DNA of 64,000 nt from an uncultured Gemmatimonadales bacterium (GTDB lineage: Bacteria; Gemmatimonadota; Gemmatimonadetes; Gemmatimonadales; GWC2-71-9), in assembly GCA_963844035.1 (NCBI GenBank), contig CAWJMT010000035.1, forward strand, positions 128,001 through 192,000. The letters run 5' to 3'. The notes under the pieces were generated by a model, which saw only the letters and a program-made list of their open reading frames with translations, searched no databases and was not told where the DNA came from. This document shows positions 40,807 to 51,324 of this stretch, in pieces; position 1 is the stretch's first letter, and every line of letters starts with the position of its first letter. Both the position numbers and the translations under genes were made by a program.

Positions 40807-41857
40807 ATGGGTCGATTGGTGAGACTCGGTGTCGTCATGTCCGTGCTGCAGCTCGCCGGCGGTGCGATGCTGGCCGCGCAGACCGAGGTCGAGCTCAAGA
40901 ACGGCGATCGCATCACGGCCGCCGTGACGCGGTCGGATGGCAAGACGCTGACCGTGACGTCACCCACCCTGGGCGACGTGGCCGTGCCGTGGGGCGCGAT
41001 CGTGCGGATCGTCTCGGACAAGACGGTGTTCGTCGTCCTGCCCGACAAAAGTACGGTCCATGGAGCCCTGACCACTGATGGGAGCGACCTTGTCGTCGCG
41101 ACCGCTGCCGGACCCGTGCGCGTGCCGCTGGCCAGCACACCGGTCCTCCGCTCCGAGGCGGAGCAGGCAGCGTTCGAGCGCTCGGAGCACCCAGGGTTGT
41201 TCGAGGGGATTGCCGGGGCGGTGGGGCTCGGCGTGACGCTCGCGCGCGGGAACAGCGAGGCGACCAACTGGTCGTTGGCGGTCACGCTCGTGCGTCTGTC
41301 GCCGCGCGACCGCTTGGCCCTCTCCTATACGGCGGTATACGCATCGGATGCGACCGGTACCACGGCAAACGACATGCGCGGCAGCGCCCGCTACGACCGG
41401 AATGTCTCGCAGCACGCGTTTGCGCTTCATCTCCGCTGACTACGAGCACAACGAGTTGCAGTTCCTCGACCTCCGCCAGGTGTACACCCTCGGCCTCGGC
41501 ATCCACGCGTTGAGGGGTACCCCCACGCGGCTCGATTTCCTGGCCGGCGCCAACTACACAATGGAATCGTACAACCCCACGCCCACCAACAACATGTTCG
41601 GCGCGACCATCGGCCAGGACCTCACCCACAGGTTCGGCTCCAATACCGTGCTGACCGAGCAGCTCATTGTCTACCCGAATCTCCAGGACGTCGGCGAGTA
41701 CCGGGCCGCGTTCGACATGCGCTTTGCGACGAAGCTCAAGAGCTGGCTGAGCTGGCTCACGACGGTGAGTGACCGCTACACGAGCACGCCGCTGCCCGGC
41801 ACCAAGAGCAACGACGTCATCTTCACGACCGGCTTGAACATCACCTTTACCCATTGA
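40807..41857 (+). CDS. DUF481-family outer-membrane barrel (frameshift ~41425)
   Basis: VELKNGDRIT, LARGNSE, DRYTSTPLPGTKSNDVIFTTGLNITF. Confidence 0.85.
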
Positions 41858-41906
41858 TCGGGCGGTGAAGGATCCCGAGATTGATCGGGTGATGAAGGAT
41901 CCCGAG
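41853..41906. repeat. 27-bp tandem duplication at DUF481 stop codon
   Basis: ATTGATCGGGYGRTGAAGGATCCCGAG twice, 25/27 identical. Confidence 0.85.
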
Positions 41907-41926
41907 AAGCAGAACCCCGTGCGATC

Positions 41927-43079
41927 ATGACATCGCGGCCCATTTGGTGGCTGGGGGTCGGGGCGGGCGCGTTGCTCTTGACCGTTGCCGTCTCACGCGG
42001 TTTGCGGCGTGTTACCAACCCTGTCCCGCCACCGGCAGCGTCCATCACGTTCACTGCCACCGTCAGCAATGCGACTCCGGCCCCCGATCCGGCGCCCGAG
42101 GGGATGGTGTGGATTCCCGGCGGCGAGTTCTCCATGGGCGCGGTCGATCCGATCGGCATGGACGCCAACGAGGTCGGGATGCACGCGACCGTGGATTCGC
42201 GCCCCGTGCATCGCGTGTACGTCGATGGGTTCTGGATGGACCGCACGGAGGTCACGAACGCGCAGTTCGCGCGCTTTGTGGCGGCGACGGGGTACGTGAC
42301 CATCGCGGAACGCGCGCCCACAAAAGAGGAGTTTCCCGACGCGCCGCCGGAGAATCTGGTGGCGGGCTCCGTCGTTTTCACGGCCACCAAGCAGCCGGTG
42401 CCCCTGGATGACCATTTCCGCTGGTGGCGCTACGAGCGCGGCGCGAGCTGGCGCCACCCCGAGGGACCCAAGACCAATCTCAAGGGCCGGGAGCTTTATC
42501 CCGTGGTGCACGTCGCCTACGACGATTGCCTCGCGTACGCGAAGTGGGCCGGCAAGCGCCTGCCCACTGAGGCAGAGTGGGAATTTGCGGCGCGCGGCGG
42601 CCTGACCGGCAAGCTGTACGCCTGGGGCGATGAGTTTCGCATGAACGACCACCCCGCGGCCAACACGTATCAGGGCACGTTTCCGATGAAGGACAGCGGC
42701 GCGGACGGGTTCAAGGGACTGTCGCCCGTGGCCTCGTTTGCCCCGAACGGCTACGGACTCTACGACGTGGCCGGGAACGTGTGGGAATGGGTGAGCGATT
42801 GGTATAGTCCCGACTACTACGAGATCCTGGTGCGGGCCGGCGGCGTCGCGCGCAATCCGCGAGGGCCCAGAATCATCCTACGATCCTTCCGAGCCCGGCG
42901 TGCAGAAGCGGGTGCACCGCGGCGGATCGTTCTTGTGCACCGAGCAGTACTGCTCGCGCTACATGGTCGGCACGCGCGGCAAGGGTGAGCCCAATACCGG
43001 TACCGATCACTTGGGCTTCCGGCTGGTGCGCGACGCGAGTAGGGCCCGCAACACTTCGACCGGCAGCGCACTCATTTGA
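41927..43079 (+). CDS. formylglycine-generating enzyme (sulfatase maturase; frameshift ~42870)
   Basis: EVTNAQF, RLPTEAEWEFAARGG, GNVWEW, RGGSFLCTEQYCSRY, HLGFR. Confidence 0.9.
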
Positions 43080-43115
43080 TCCCACTCAGGGCTGCCGGCG
43101 CACGCACCCTCCGAT

Positions 43116-44654
43116 GTGCTCGCCCGGGTCCGTTCCGCCGCCGTCCTCGGCATCGACGCCTATCTCGTTGACGTCGAGACCGACATCGCCAACGGTCTCC
43201 CCACCTTCGCAACGGTCGGGCTGCCGCAGGGGGCCGTGAAGGAAGGCCGCGAGCGCGTCTACGCGGCCGTCGCGAACACCGGCTACACCTTTCCCCTCAA
43301 GCGCATCACCGTCAATCTCGCCCCCGCCGACATTCGCAAAGACGGCTCGGCGTTCGATCTCCCGATCGCCGTCGGTATCCTGGCCGCAACCGAACAGATC
43401 TCGAGCGAGCGGTTGGGTCGCGTCGCGGTCCTGGGCGAGCTGGGCCTCGAGGGTGCGATCCGGCCGGTGCGTGGTGCGCTGCCCGTTGCGCTCGCCGCCA
43501 GAGCCGCCGGGCTCGAGGTCTTGGTTCTGCCGCGCGAGAACATGGCGGAGGCAGGGGTCGTGTCGGGCGTGCAGGTGCTCGGGGCGGGGAATTTGGCGGA
43601 GCTCGCGGACTACCTCGACGGGCGCCGGGAGCTCGAGGTCGCGCGGGTGGACGTGGCCCGCCTGTTTGCCGAGCGACAGCACGACGATGTGGACTTCGCC
43701 GAGGTGAAGGGGCAGGCCCACGCGAAACGCGCACTCGAGGTCGCCGCGGCCGGCGGGCACAACATCCTCATGATCGGTCCGCCGGGCTCAGGCAAAACCA
43801 TGTTGGCGCGCCGGCTGCCCACCGTGCTGCCGAAAATGAGCCTCGACGAGGCCCTCGAGACCACCAAGATCCACTCGGTCGCAGGGATCTTGCCGCTCGG
43901 CGAGTCGCTCGTGGCGCGGCGGCCGTTTCGCGCCCCGCATCACACCATCTCCGACGCCGGATTGATCGGCGGCGGCTCCTACCCGCGCCCGGGCGAAGTG
44001 AGCCTGGCGCACGGTGGCGTGTTGTTCTTGGACGAGCTCCCCGAGTTCCGAAAGAATGTGCTCGAGGTGCTGCGTCAACCGATGGAGGATGGTGTCGTGA
44101 CCATCGCCCGGGCGGCGATGAGCCTGTCGTATCCCGCGCGATTCATGCTGGCCGCCGCCATGAACCCCTGTCCCTGCGGCTACCACGGCGACCCGCAGCA
44201 CACCTGCACCTGCGGCTCGCTGGGGGTGGAGCGCTACCTGGCACGGGTGTCGGGGCCGCTGCTCGATCGGATCGACATTCATCTCGAGGTCCCGGCGGTG
44301 AAGTACCGGGCGCTCGCGGAGCAGGGTGGGGGAGAACCGAGTGCAGCGGTGCGGGAGCGGGTCGATCGGGCGCGGGCGGTACAGCGCGAGCGCTTCGCTT
44401 CACGCCCGGGGGTTTACGCGAACGCCCACATGGCCCCGCGTGACATCCGGGCGTTCTGCCGGGTGTCGGATGGTGCGGAAGCGCTGCTTCGCACCGCCAT
44501 CACCCGGCTTGGCCTCTCAGCTCGCGCCTACCACCGGATCCTCAAGATCGCCCGCACCATCGCCGATCTGGATGGGGCGATCGATCTCGCGCCCAAACAC
44601 GTGAGCGAGGCGATTCAGTACCGCAGTCTCGACCGGCGCGGGCTGGTGCCCTGA
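43116..44654 (+). CDS. comM: ComM/YifB Mg-chelatase-like AAA+ ATPase
   Basis: ITVNLAPADIRKDGSAFDLPIA, GPPGSGKT, FRAPHHT, LFLDE, LDRID. Confidence 0.93.
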   Translation: MLARVRSAAVLGIDAYLVDVETDIANGLPTFATVGLPQGAVKEGRERVYAAVANTGYTFPLKRITVNLAPADIRKDGSAFDLPIAVGILAATEQISSERLGRVAVLGELGLEGAIRPVRGALPVALAARAAGLEVLVLPRENMAEAGVVSGVQVLGAGNLAELADYLDGRRELEVARVDVARLFAERQHDDVDFAEVKGQAHAKRALEVAAAGGHNILMIGPPGSGKTMLARRLPTVLPKMSLDEALETTKIHSVAGILPLGESLVARRPFRAPHHTISDAGLIGGGSYPRPGEVSLAHGGVLFLDELPEFRKNVLEVLRQPMEDGVVTIARAAMSLSYPARFMLAAAMNPCPCGYHGDPQHTCTCGSLGVERYLARVSGPLLDRIDIHLEVPAVKYRALAEQGGGEPSAAVRERVDRARAVQRERFASRPGVYANAHMAPRDIRAFCRVSDGAEALLRTAITRLGLSARAYHRILKIARTIADLDGAIDLAPKHVSEAIQYRSLDRRGLVP

Positions 44655-44667
44655 CGCCGGATCTACC

Positions 44668-45071
44668 TCAAACGCACTCGGGATAGTCCGGATGCTTGTC
44701 GCACGTGTCGCTCTGCCCCTTCCCGCTCTGCCGCTCCCCGCCAGCGCATACACCATTCCGGCGAAGCCCACGGTGATCGCGCCGACCAGCAGCGCGGTCT
44801 TGGTGGTCGCCGGCTTTTCCACCCGCACTTCCTTGAGCTGCGCGGAGGGCATCTCCTCATAGACACCCTTCACGTACCCGACCAGGGTGTCCCCAACCAC
44901 CTGCGGGCCGGAAACGATTACCACCGATTGATCGCTCTCGGTGACCCACGCTTGCTTGGGCTGTATGGCTTTTAGCTCGTCCATGGAAACAGGCTTGATG
45001 GTATGGCAGGCCGCACTCGAAAGCACAGCGAGGAGCACTGCACCGCCCGTCGTCCAACGCATAGTGTGCAT
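44668..45071 (-). CDS. hypothetical lipoprotein (probable frameshift near 3' end)
   Basis: LSSAAC lipobox, C-terminal TM. Confidence 0.55.
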
Positions 45072-45281
45072 AGTGTCAGGGTACTCCGTGTTCGTGGTGG
45101 CGTGTCGCGTTTGCTGCGCCCTCGTCCAACACCACGCCCCACGCCGTGTTCCTCACAAACCGACGGCTTCCGTTCGTTCTGGAACGTCGGGCGGGTGAAG
45201 GCGACACTCGCGCAGCGACCTTGGTGCTGGCCCCGTTCCGGTGTGTTACGTAGCTTGGTGGCGCCAATGACCCCCGGATCC

Positions 45282-46247
45282 ATGACCGACTGGCTCCAAG
45301 CACACGGTTTGAGCCCCGAGCTCGAAAGCAAGCTGCTGTTCACGGCGATCACTATCGCCGTGCTGTGGGCGCTGCACCGCATCGTTCTCGGCCTCGCCTA
45401 CCGCGGCGTCACGGACCCCTGGGCTCGCTACCGCTGGCGCAAGGTGGTCACCTATATCGCGCTCACGGTCGGCGCGCTGATGATCGGTCGCACCTGGATC
45501 CCCGGGATTCAAACGCTGGCGACCTTTCTCGGCCTCCTGACCGCCGGCATCGCGATCGCCCTCAAGGACCCAATCGCCAACCTCGCAGCCTGGGCGTTCA
45601 TCGTCTGGGATCGGCCCTTCGAAGTGGGCGATCGCATCCAGATCGGCGCCAACTCGGGCGACGTCATCGATCTCCGCTTCATGCAGTTCACCCTCAACGA
45701 AATCGGCAACTGGGTGAACGCCGACCAGTCCACCGGGCGGATCATTCACGTGCCCAACGGCCGCGTGTTCACCGACCCGCTCGCCAATTACGACAAGGGG
45801 TTCAAGTACATCTGGAATGAAGTGCCGGTGCTGATCACATTCGCGAGCGACTGGAAGAAAGCAAAAGAGATCCTGGCCGCAATCGCCGTGCGGCACGCGG
45901 AGCACCTCACGGAGCAAGCCGAGGAAGAGCTGCTCTCGGCATCGCGGCAATACCTGATCAACTACCGGAAGTTGACGCCGATCGTCTATACCAAGGTTGT
46001 CGACAGCGGCGTGCAACTCACGATGCGGTATCTGATCGAGCCCCGGAAACGGCGCGGCACCGAGCACGCGATTTGGGAGGCGATCCTCACGGAGTTTGCG
46101 AACTGCCCCGAGGTGGACCTCGCGTACCACACGGTCCGTGGGTTCAAGACGCTGGACGAAGGCCGGACCCTGCCGCTCCCGTCCAAGGGCGAGCGCCGGA
46201 CCCGTCCGGGGAAAGATCGCGATCCAATCATTCCATCGGACGACTGA
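45282..46247 (+). CDS. MscS-family mechanosensitive channel
   Basis: GIAIALKD, PFEVGDRIQIG, QSTGRIIHVPN. Confidence 0.9.
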   Translation: MTDWLQAHGLSPELESKLLFTAITIAVLWALHRIVLGLAYRGVTDPWARYRWRKVVTYIALTVGALMIGRTWIPGIQTLATFLGLLTAGIAIALKDPIANLAAWAFIVWDRPFEVGDRIQIGANSGDVIDLRFMQFTLNEIGNWVNADQSTGRIIHVPNGRVFTDPLANYDKGFKYIWNEVPVLITFASDWKKAKEILAAIAVRHAEHLTEQAEEELLSASRQYLINYRKLTPIVYTKVVDSGVQLTMRYLIEPRKRRGTEHAIWEAILTEFANCPEVDLAYHTVRGFKTLDEGRTLPLPSKGERRTRPGKDRDPIIPSDD

Positions 46248-46275
46248 GCGGGCAGGCCCGCGGGCGTCGCGGCGC

Positions 46276-47215
46276 CTAGGACGTGGGGTCGGGCTCCGCT
46301 TGAGGCGCCGGGCGCGCCGCCAGCGGCGCCAGGCGGTGCGAGAGCTGAATCCACGTCACGGCGCCGAAGATCAGCACCATCGCGAGTATCGTGCGGGGTG
46401 TGATCGGCTCGCGCAGCAACAGCCACCCGAGCAGCACCGCGATCACCGGGTTCACATAGGCGTAGGTGCCGACGATCGTGGCCGACGCATGCCGCAGCGC
46501 GTAGGTGTACGCCGTGTAGCCGAGGATCGATCCGAACACGATCAGATACGCCACGGCCTCCGCGCCCCGCAGCGTCAGGTGGAAGCGGCTCCACTCCCCG
46601 AGCAGCGGAACCCACCAGCGTTGTCGCCACGCCGCCGGCGATCATCTGGATCCCCGCGCCCACATACGGACTCGTCTCGGTCGGGTGGCGCTTGCCGTAC
46701 ACGGAGCCGAGCGACCACCAGGCGCTCGCGGCGGTGAGCGCCAGCGGCCCGCGCAAGTCGGCGTGCAGTATCTCCCTGGGGCTCGCTCCCACGAGCAGCG
46801 CGGTGCCCACGAACCCGATCACCAGGCCCGTCACCACCCGCCAGTTCAAGTCTCCCGACCCGCCGGGAATGATCGCGTCGAAGAACGCCATCCACAGCGC
46901 TACGGTGACGACGAAGATGCTCGCGATTCCCGACGTCGTGTATTGCTCGGCCCACACGACGAACGCGTTGCCGCCCATGAGCAGGAACACGCCGACGATC
47001 GCCTGGGTGCGCCAGTCCGTCAGGCGGCGCGGCAGACGATCGCCGAACGCCAGCGCTCCACCGAGCAGCAGCAGGCCGGCGGCGCAGAACCGCAGGCCGG
47101 CGAACAGGAACGGGGGCAGCTCGGTGACGCCAATCTTGATCGCCAGGTAGGTCGAGCCCCAGAACACGCAGACAATCAGGTACGCGATCAGCGCTCGCCC
47201 GCGAAGCGCGGCCAT
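46276..47215 (-). CDS. EamA/DMT transporter (frameshift ~46605)
   Basis: FWGSTYLAIK, YLIVFGS, YAYVNPVIAV. Confidence 0.9.
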
Positions 47216-47400
47216 GTCAGTTCGGCTCCTCGATTGGATTTAGCCGCAGCCGTCATCACCATCCGGCTGCTCCGGCCCTCAAGTATCCCGCAGTAGGTAA
47301 CGAGGGGACGCTCGTTTCGTAACGGGTCGGAACATCGCCGGGTTTCCGGCTCGCGAACACCGTCCTTTCATTGGGACACTCCTTCTCATTACTATTGCGC

Positions 47401-48225
47401 ATGCCCAGTGCCTCGGCTCCACACCGGCTGTCGGCCCTGCGCGGCTTGGTGCGCACCTTTTCATCGACCCTGCTGGGGTATTCGGGTGGGGTGGACTCCG
47501 CGTGCCTCGCTGTGATCCTCCGCCAGGAGCTGGGGCGCGAGCGGATGCTTGCCGTCATTGGCCGCAGCGCCTCCTATCCGCAGGCGCAGTGGGAAACGGC
47601 GCGAGCGGTGGCCGCACAATTCGACATCCCCCTCCTCGAGGTCGATACCCACGAGGTCGAGGATCCCGCCTACGCCGCCAACCCCACGAACCGCTGCTTC
47701 TATTGTAAGCGCGAGCTGTGGGGGCGTTTGACGGAAGAGGCCACCGCGCGTGGCTTTGCGAGTGTTTGCGATGGGACCATCGCTGACGACCTGCAGGAGC
47801 ATCGTCCGGGCCGCGCCGCCGGTGTCCAGGCGGGTGTGCGGTCGCCGCTCGCCGAGGTGGGAATGACCAAGGACGACGTCCGCGCCACCGCCCAGGCGCT
47901 GGGGCTTCCAATCTGGGACGCGCCGGCCGCACCCTGCCTGTCGAGCCGGGTGGCCTTCGGCCTCACGATCACCCCCTCCCGGCTCCGTCAGGTCGAGATG
48001 GCGGAGGCGTACCTCCGGTCGCTGGGGGTCACGGGCGACCTGCGCGTGCGCCACCGCGGCGATCGCGCCCGAATCGAGGCTGAGTCCGTCTGGATCCCCT
48101 GGCTGGTCGAGCGCAGCGGCATGATCACGGAGCGCCTGGTGGCACTGGGATTCCCGGCCGTCGAGATCGACCCCCGCGGCTATCGCCGCGGCAGTCTGGT
48201 TCTCGAGGCCACCGGGGAGCGGTGA
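47401..48225 (+). CDS. larE: LarE-family ATP-dependent sulfur transferase
   Basis: YSGGVDS, NPTNRCFYCK, PCLSSR, LRVRH. Confidence 0.88.
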   Translation: MPSASAPHRLSALRGLVRTFSSTLLGYSGGVDSACLAVILRQELGRERMLAVIGRSASYPQAQWETARAVAAQFDIPLLEVDTHEVEDPAYAANPTNRCFYCKRELWGRLTEEATARGFASVCDGTIADDLQEHRPGRAAGVQAGVRSPLAEVGMTKDDVRATAQALGLPIWDAPAAPCLSSRVAFGLTITPSRLRQVEMAEAYLRSLGVTGDLRVRHRGDRARIEAESVWIPWLVERSGMITERLVALGFPAVEIDPRGYRRGSLVLEATGER

Positions 48226-48779
48226 GGCTGTTTGTCGCGCTCAACCTTCCTGATCGGGTTCGCCAGGCGCTGTGGGCGGCGGCCGCGCCCGTGCGGGAGT
48301 TGGGCCTGGCGGTCAAGTGGGTGCGTCCGGAGGGAATTCATCTGACGCTCAAGTTTCTCGGCGCGGTCCCCGAGAGCCGTGAGCCGGACCTGCGCGCGGC
48401 GCTGGAGCGGGCCGCCGCGGGCGGCCGCGCCCTGACGGTCGCGGTCAGTGGATTCGGAGCGTTCCCTGGGCTCGATCGCCCGCGCGTCATCTGGGCCGGC
48501 CTGGAAGCGGACCCCGAGCTCCTCGGGTTGCAGCACCGGGTGGAGGAGCAGTTCGTGCCGCTGGGCTTTCCGCGGGAGGATCGGCCATTCCGGCCGCACC
48601 TGACGTTGGGCCGCGCAGCGCGGGATGCCCGGCCTGAGCGCTGTGAGGGGCTTGAGGAAACGCTGCGCGAATTGCAAGTGCAGGAATCCGCGCCCGTTGG
48701 ATCCGTTGATCTGATGCAGAGCGTGCTCCAGGCCGGCGGCGCGGTCTACCAGATCCGCCACAGCGCACGGTTGTCCTAG
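48222..48779 (+). CDS. thpR: RNA 2',3'-cyclic phosphodiesterase
   Basis: MRLFVAL, HLTLKFLG, FRPHLTL. Confidence 0.9.
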   Translation: MRLFVALNLPDRVRQALWAAAAPVRELGLAVKWVRPEGIHLTLKFLGAVPESREPDLRAALERAAAGGRALTVAVSGFGAFPGLDRPRVIWAGLEADPELLGLQHRVEEQFVPLGFPREDRPFRPHLTLGRAARDARPERCEGLEETLRELQVQESAPVGSVDLMQSVLQAGGAVYQIRHSARLS

Positions 48780-48781
48780 GG

Positions 48782-49429
48782 ATGCTCAAGCTCGGGTGCC
48801 TGGTACTTGTGATCGCGGGGGGGAGCGCGGTCTGGGCCTATCGCGCTCCGATTGTCCGCACTGCCTCGGAGTGGTTTGGACCCCACCGCACGCCACTCCC
48901 GGCCGTGACCGATTCGTCGGTCGGCGCGCCGACGCCGCAAGCGCTCGCGCGCACCCAGAAGAAGGTCGACCGGCTCAAGGCGCCGAACCCACCGGATTCT
49001 GTCGTGCTCTCCGCCAACGAGATCGCTTCGATGGTGGGCAGCGGCATCGACTGGTCGGTCCGGAAGAGCTTCGATTCGCTGCGCGTGGAGTTGTTCGAGG
49101 GTTCGCTCGCCGTGCACTGCCGCCTCGACACGAAGGTGATCCCGCCCGACGTGCTGGGACCGCTCGCGAGCCTGCTGAATCCCATGGAGCCGCTGCGGAT
49201 CGCGGGCCCGCTGCGCATCGAGAAGCCCGGGGTGGCCCGCTGGACGATACAGGAGCTGAGCCTGCGGGGCATGGCCTTTCCCAGTGTCATGGTGACCCAG
49301 TTGGCGCGCCGCATGGCGGGTGCCGACGTCGACGGCGCGGTGCCGTTGCGCGTGTCCCCCGATTTCAAGGACGTCGCGATTCACCCGACCGGCGTCGTGC
49401 TCTACCGCACCCGCCGGGCGCGCCGATGA
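48782..49429 (+). CDS. hypothetical membrane-anchored protein
   Basis: N-terminal TM; tight operon spacing. Confidence 0.65.
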   Translation: MLKLGCLVLVIAGGSAVWAYRAPIVRTASEWFGPHRTPLPAVTDSSVGAPTPQALARTQKKVDRLKAPNPPDSVVLSANEIASMVGSGIDWSVRKSFDSLRVELFEGSLAVHCRLDTKVIPPDVLGPLASLLNPMEPLRIAGPLRIEKPGVARWTIQELSLRGMAFPSVMVTQLARRMAGADVDGAVPLRVSPDFKDVAIHPTGVVLYRTRRARR

Positions 49430-50811
49430 AGCACCGCGTTCTGGTCGTCGACGACGAAAAGGGTATCCGCGAGGCGTTGCGCCAGCTCCTCGAGTACGAG
49501 GAGATCGAGGTTCGGACGTGTGCGTCGGGCGCCGAAGCGGTGCAGGTCTATCCCGAATTCCGGCCCCATCTGGTCTTTCTCGACGTGAAAATGCAGGGCC
49601 GGGATGGCCTCGCGACCATCCGCGACCTGCGCGCGCTCGACCCCCAGGCGCAGGTAGTGATGATCTCGGGTCACGGGACCATCCAGACCGCCGTGGAAGC
49701 GACGCAGCTCGGGGCTTACGACTTCCTCGAGAAGCCCCTCGACACCGACCGCGTGCTCCTGACCCTGCGGAACGCGCTGCAACACGTCGATCTCGCCAGC
49801 GAGAACGTCCGCCTGCGCGACGAAGTACGTACGCAGCATGAGATCGTTGGTTCGAGCAAGGCGGTGGAGCAGGTGATCGAGCGGCTGGAAAAAGTCGCGC
49901 CCACCGCGGCCCGCGTGCTCATCACCGGGGAAAACGGCACGGGAAAGGAGTTGGTGGCGCGTGCTATCCACGCGCTGTCGCCCCGCGCCGGGCGGGCGTT
50001 CGTGGAGGTGAACTGCGCGGCGATTCCGGGCGAGCTGATCGAAAGCGAGCTCTTCGGACATGTGAAGGGCAGCTTCACCGGGGCATTCGCGGATCGCGCC
50101 GGCAAGTTCGAGATGGCCGAGGGCGGCACGCTGTTCCTGGACGAGATCGGCGACATGAGTCTCGCCGCGCAGGCCAAGGTGCTGCGCGTGCTGGAGGACG
50201 GCGTTGTCTCGCGCGTGGGATCGGAAGAAGGGATCGCGGTGGACGTGCGCGTGATCGCCGCCACCAACAAGGATCTCGTCGCGGAGATCGCGGCCGGCCG
50301 GTTCCGGGAGGACCTGTTGTACCGTCTCAACGTGGTCCCGATCGAGGTCCCGCCGCTGCGCGCCCGGCGCGGCGACATTCCCCAGCTGATCGAGCACTTC
50401 ACCCGCCAGCTCACCAAGCCCGCGGGACTGCAGCCCAAGTCGTTCGACCCGGAAGCCTTGACCAGGCTCGCGGCGCACGACTGGCCGGGGAATATCCGCG
50501 AGCTCCGGAACGCGGTCGAGCGGCTGCTGATCCTCGCGCCCGGCCCGAGTGTTACGGTGGCCGATGTGCAGCGCCTGGCCGGCGTCGAGGCGCGGGACTT
50601 GGGCGTGGGAGTTGGGCCCGGAGCGGGGGCCCCGTGGATGCGTGCCACGACGTTCGAAGAGTTCAAACAGGCGGCCGAGCGTGCGTTCCTGCACGGCAAG
50701 CTGCGAGAACACGACTGGAACGTGTCGGAGACGGCACGCACGCTGGACATGCCGCGCAGCAACCTGTACAAGAAGATCGAGCGCTATCAGCTCACCCGTG
50801 AGGCGCCGTGA
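49426..50811 (+). CDS. sigma54-dependent NtrC/NtrX-family response regulator
   Basis: REC domain, GENGTGKE, ESELFGH, GSFTGA, Fis-type HTH. Confidence 0.93.
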   Translation: MKHRVLVVDDEKGIREALRQLLEYEEIEVRTCASGAEAVQVYPEFRPHLVFLDVKMQGRDGLATIRDLRALDPQAQVVMISGHGTIQTAVEATQLGAYDFLEKPLDTDRVLLTLRNALQHVDLASENVRLRDEVRTQHEIVGSSKAVEQVIERLEKVAPTAARVLITGENGTGKELVARAIHALSPRAGRAFVEVNCAAIPGELIESELFGHVKGSFTGAFADRAGKFEMAEGGTLFLDEIGDMSLAAQAKVLRVLEDGVVSRVGSEEGIAVDVRVIAATNKDLVAEIAAGRFREDLLYRLNVVPIEVPPLRARRGDIPQLIEHFTRQLTKPAGLQPKSFDPEALTRLAAHDWPGNIRELRNAVERLLILAPGPSVTVADVQRLAGVEARDLGVGVGPGAGAPWMRATTFEEFKQAAERAFLHGKLREHDWNVSETARTLDMPRSNLYKKIERYQLTREAP

Positions 50812-51317
50812 CGGACCGGGACAAACAAAAGGACCGCGATTGGGACAAGGAGATGCGGGAGGTGGATCGCCTGCTCGCCAAGCTCCCCGAGGCCGATCCC
50901 CGGCTCGTGGGTGGGCGCGCGCCCACCTTGAAGAAGCCGGTCGCGGGCGTCCACCCCACCGGCGACCCTACCGGCTCCGCGTGGCTCGGGAGCTGGGCGC
51001 GGGTCGGTCTCGGGCTGGCGATCGGTGCCGGACTTACCCAATGGCCATACTCGCACGAGTGCGGTCCGCCGCTCATTTTCTACGGCGTGGGGGTAGGCGC
51101 GGCGTTTGCCGCCGCGATCTGGAGCAGCGTCGCGTCCTGGAAGCACCGCCTGTCCGTAGCCCACGTGGTGTCGCAGCTGCTGCTCATCTGGAGTCTGGTG
51201 CTCGTCGCGCGCGAGGTGCTGCCGCGTATCGGCTACGCCCGGACACCGGGGGTATGGCTCTGTCCCGGCCCCGCGCCCGCCGCCGCCCCCGGCCTCGCCC
51301 CCAAGTCGCACAAGTGA
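50808..51317 (+). CDS. hypothetical membrane protein
   Basis: Three hydrophobic segments; coupled to upstream stop. Confidence 0.65.
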   Translation: MTDRDKQKDRDWDKEMREVDRLLAKLPEADPRLVGGRAPTLKKPVAGVHPTGDPTGSAWLGSWARVGLGLAIGAGLTQWPYSHECGPPLIFYGVGVGAAFAAAIWSSVASWKHRLSVAHVVSQLLLIWSLVLVAREVLPRIGYARTPGVWLCPGPAPAAAPGLAPKSHK

Positions 51318-51324
51318 TCGTGGG

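Noticed and set aside
43116..44654. comM as an integration hotspot for the island
   Set aside because: The gene is intact, with no integrase or att-like duplication beside it.
45213..45230. CAGCGACCTTGGTGCTGG upstream of the MscS gene as an operator copy
   Set aside because: Core matches but both ATTG/CAAT ends are missing, and the spacing to TAGCTT is 20 nt.
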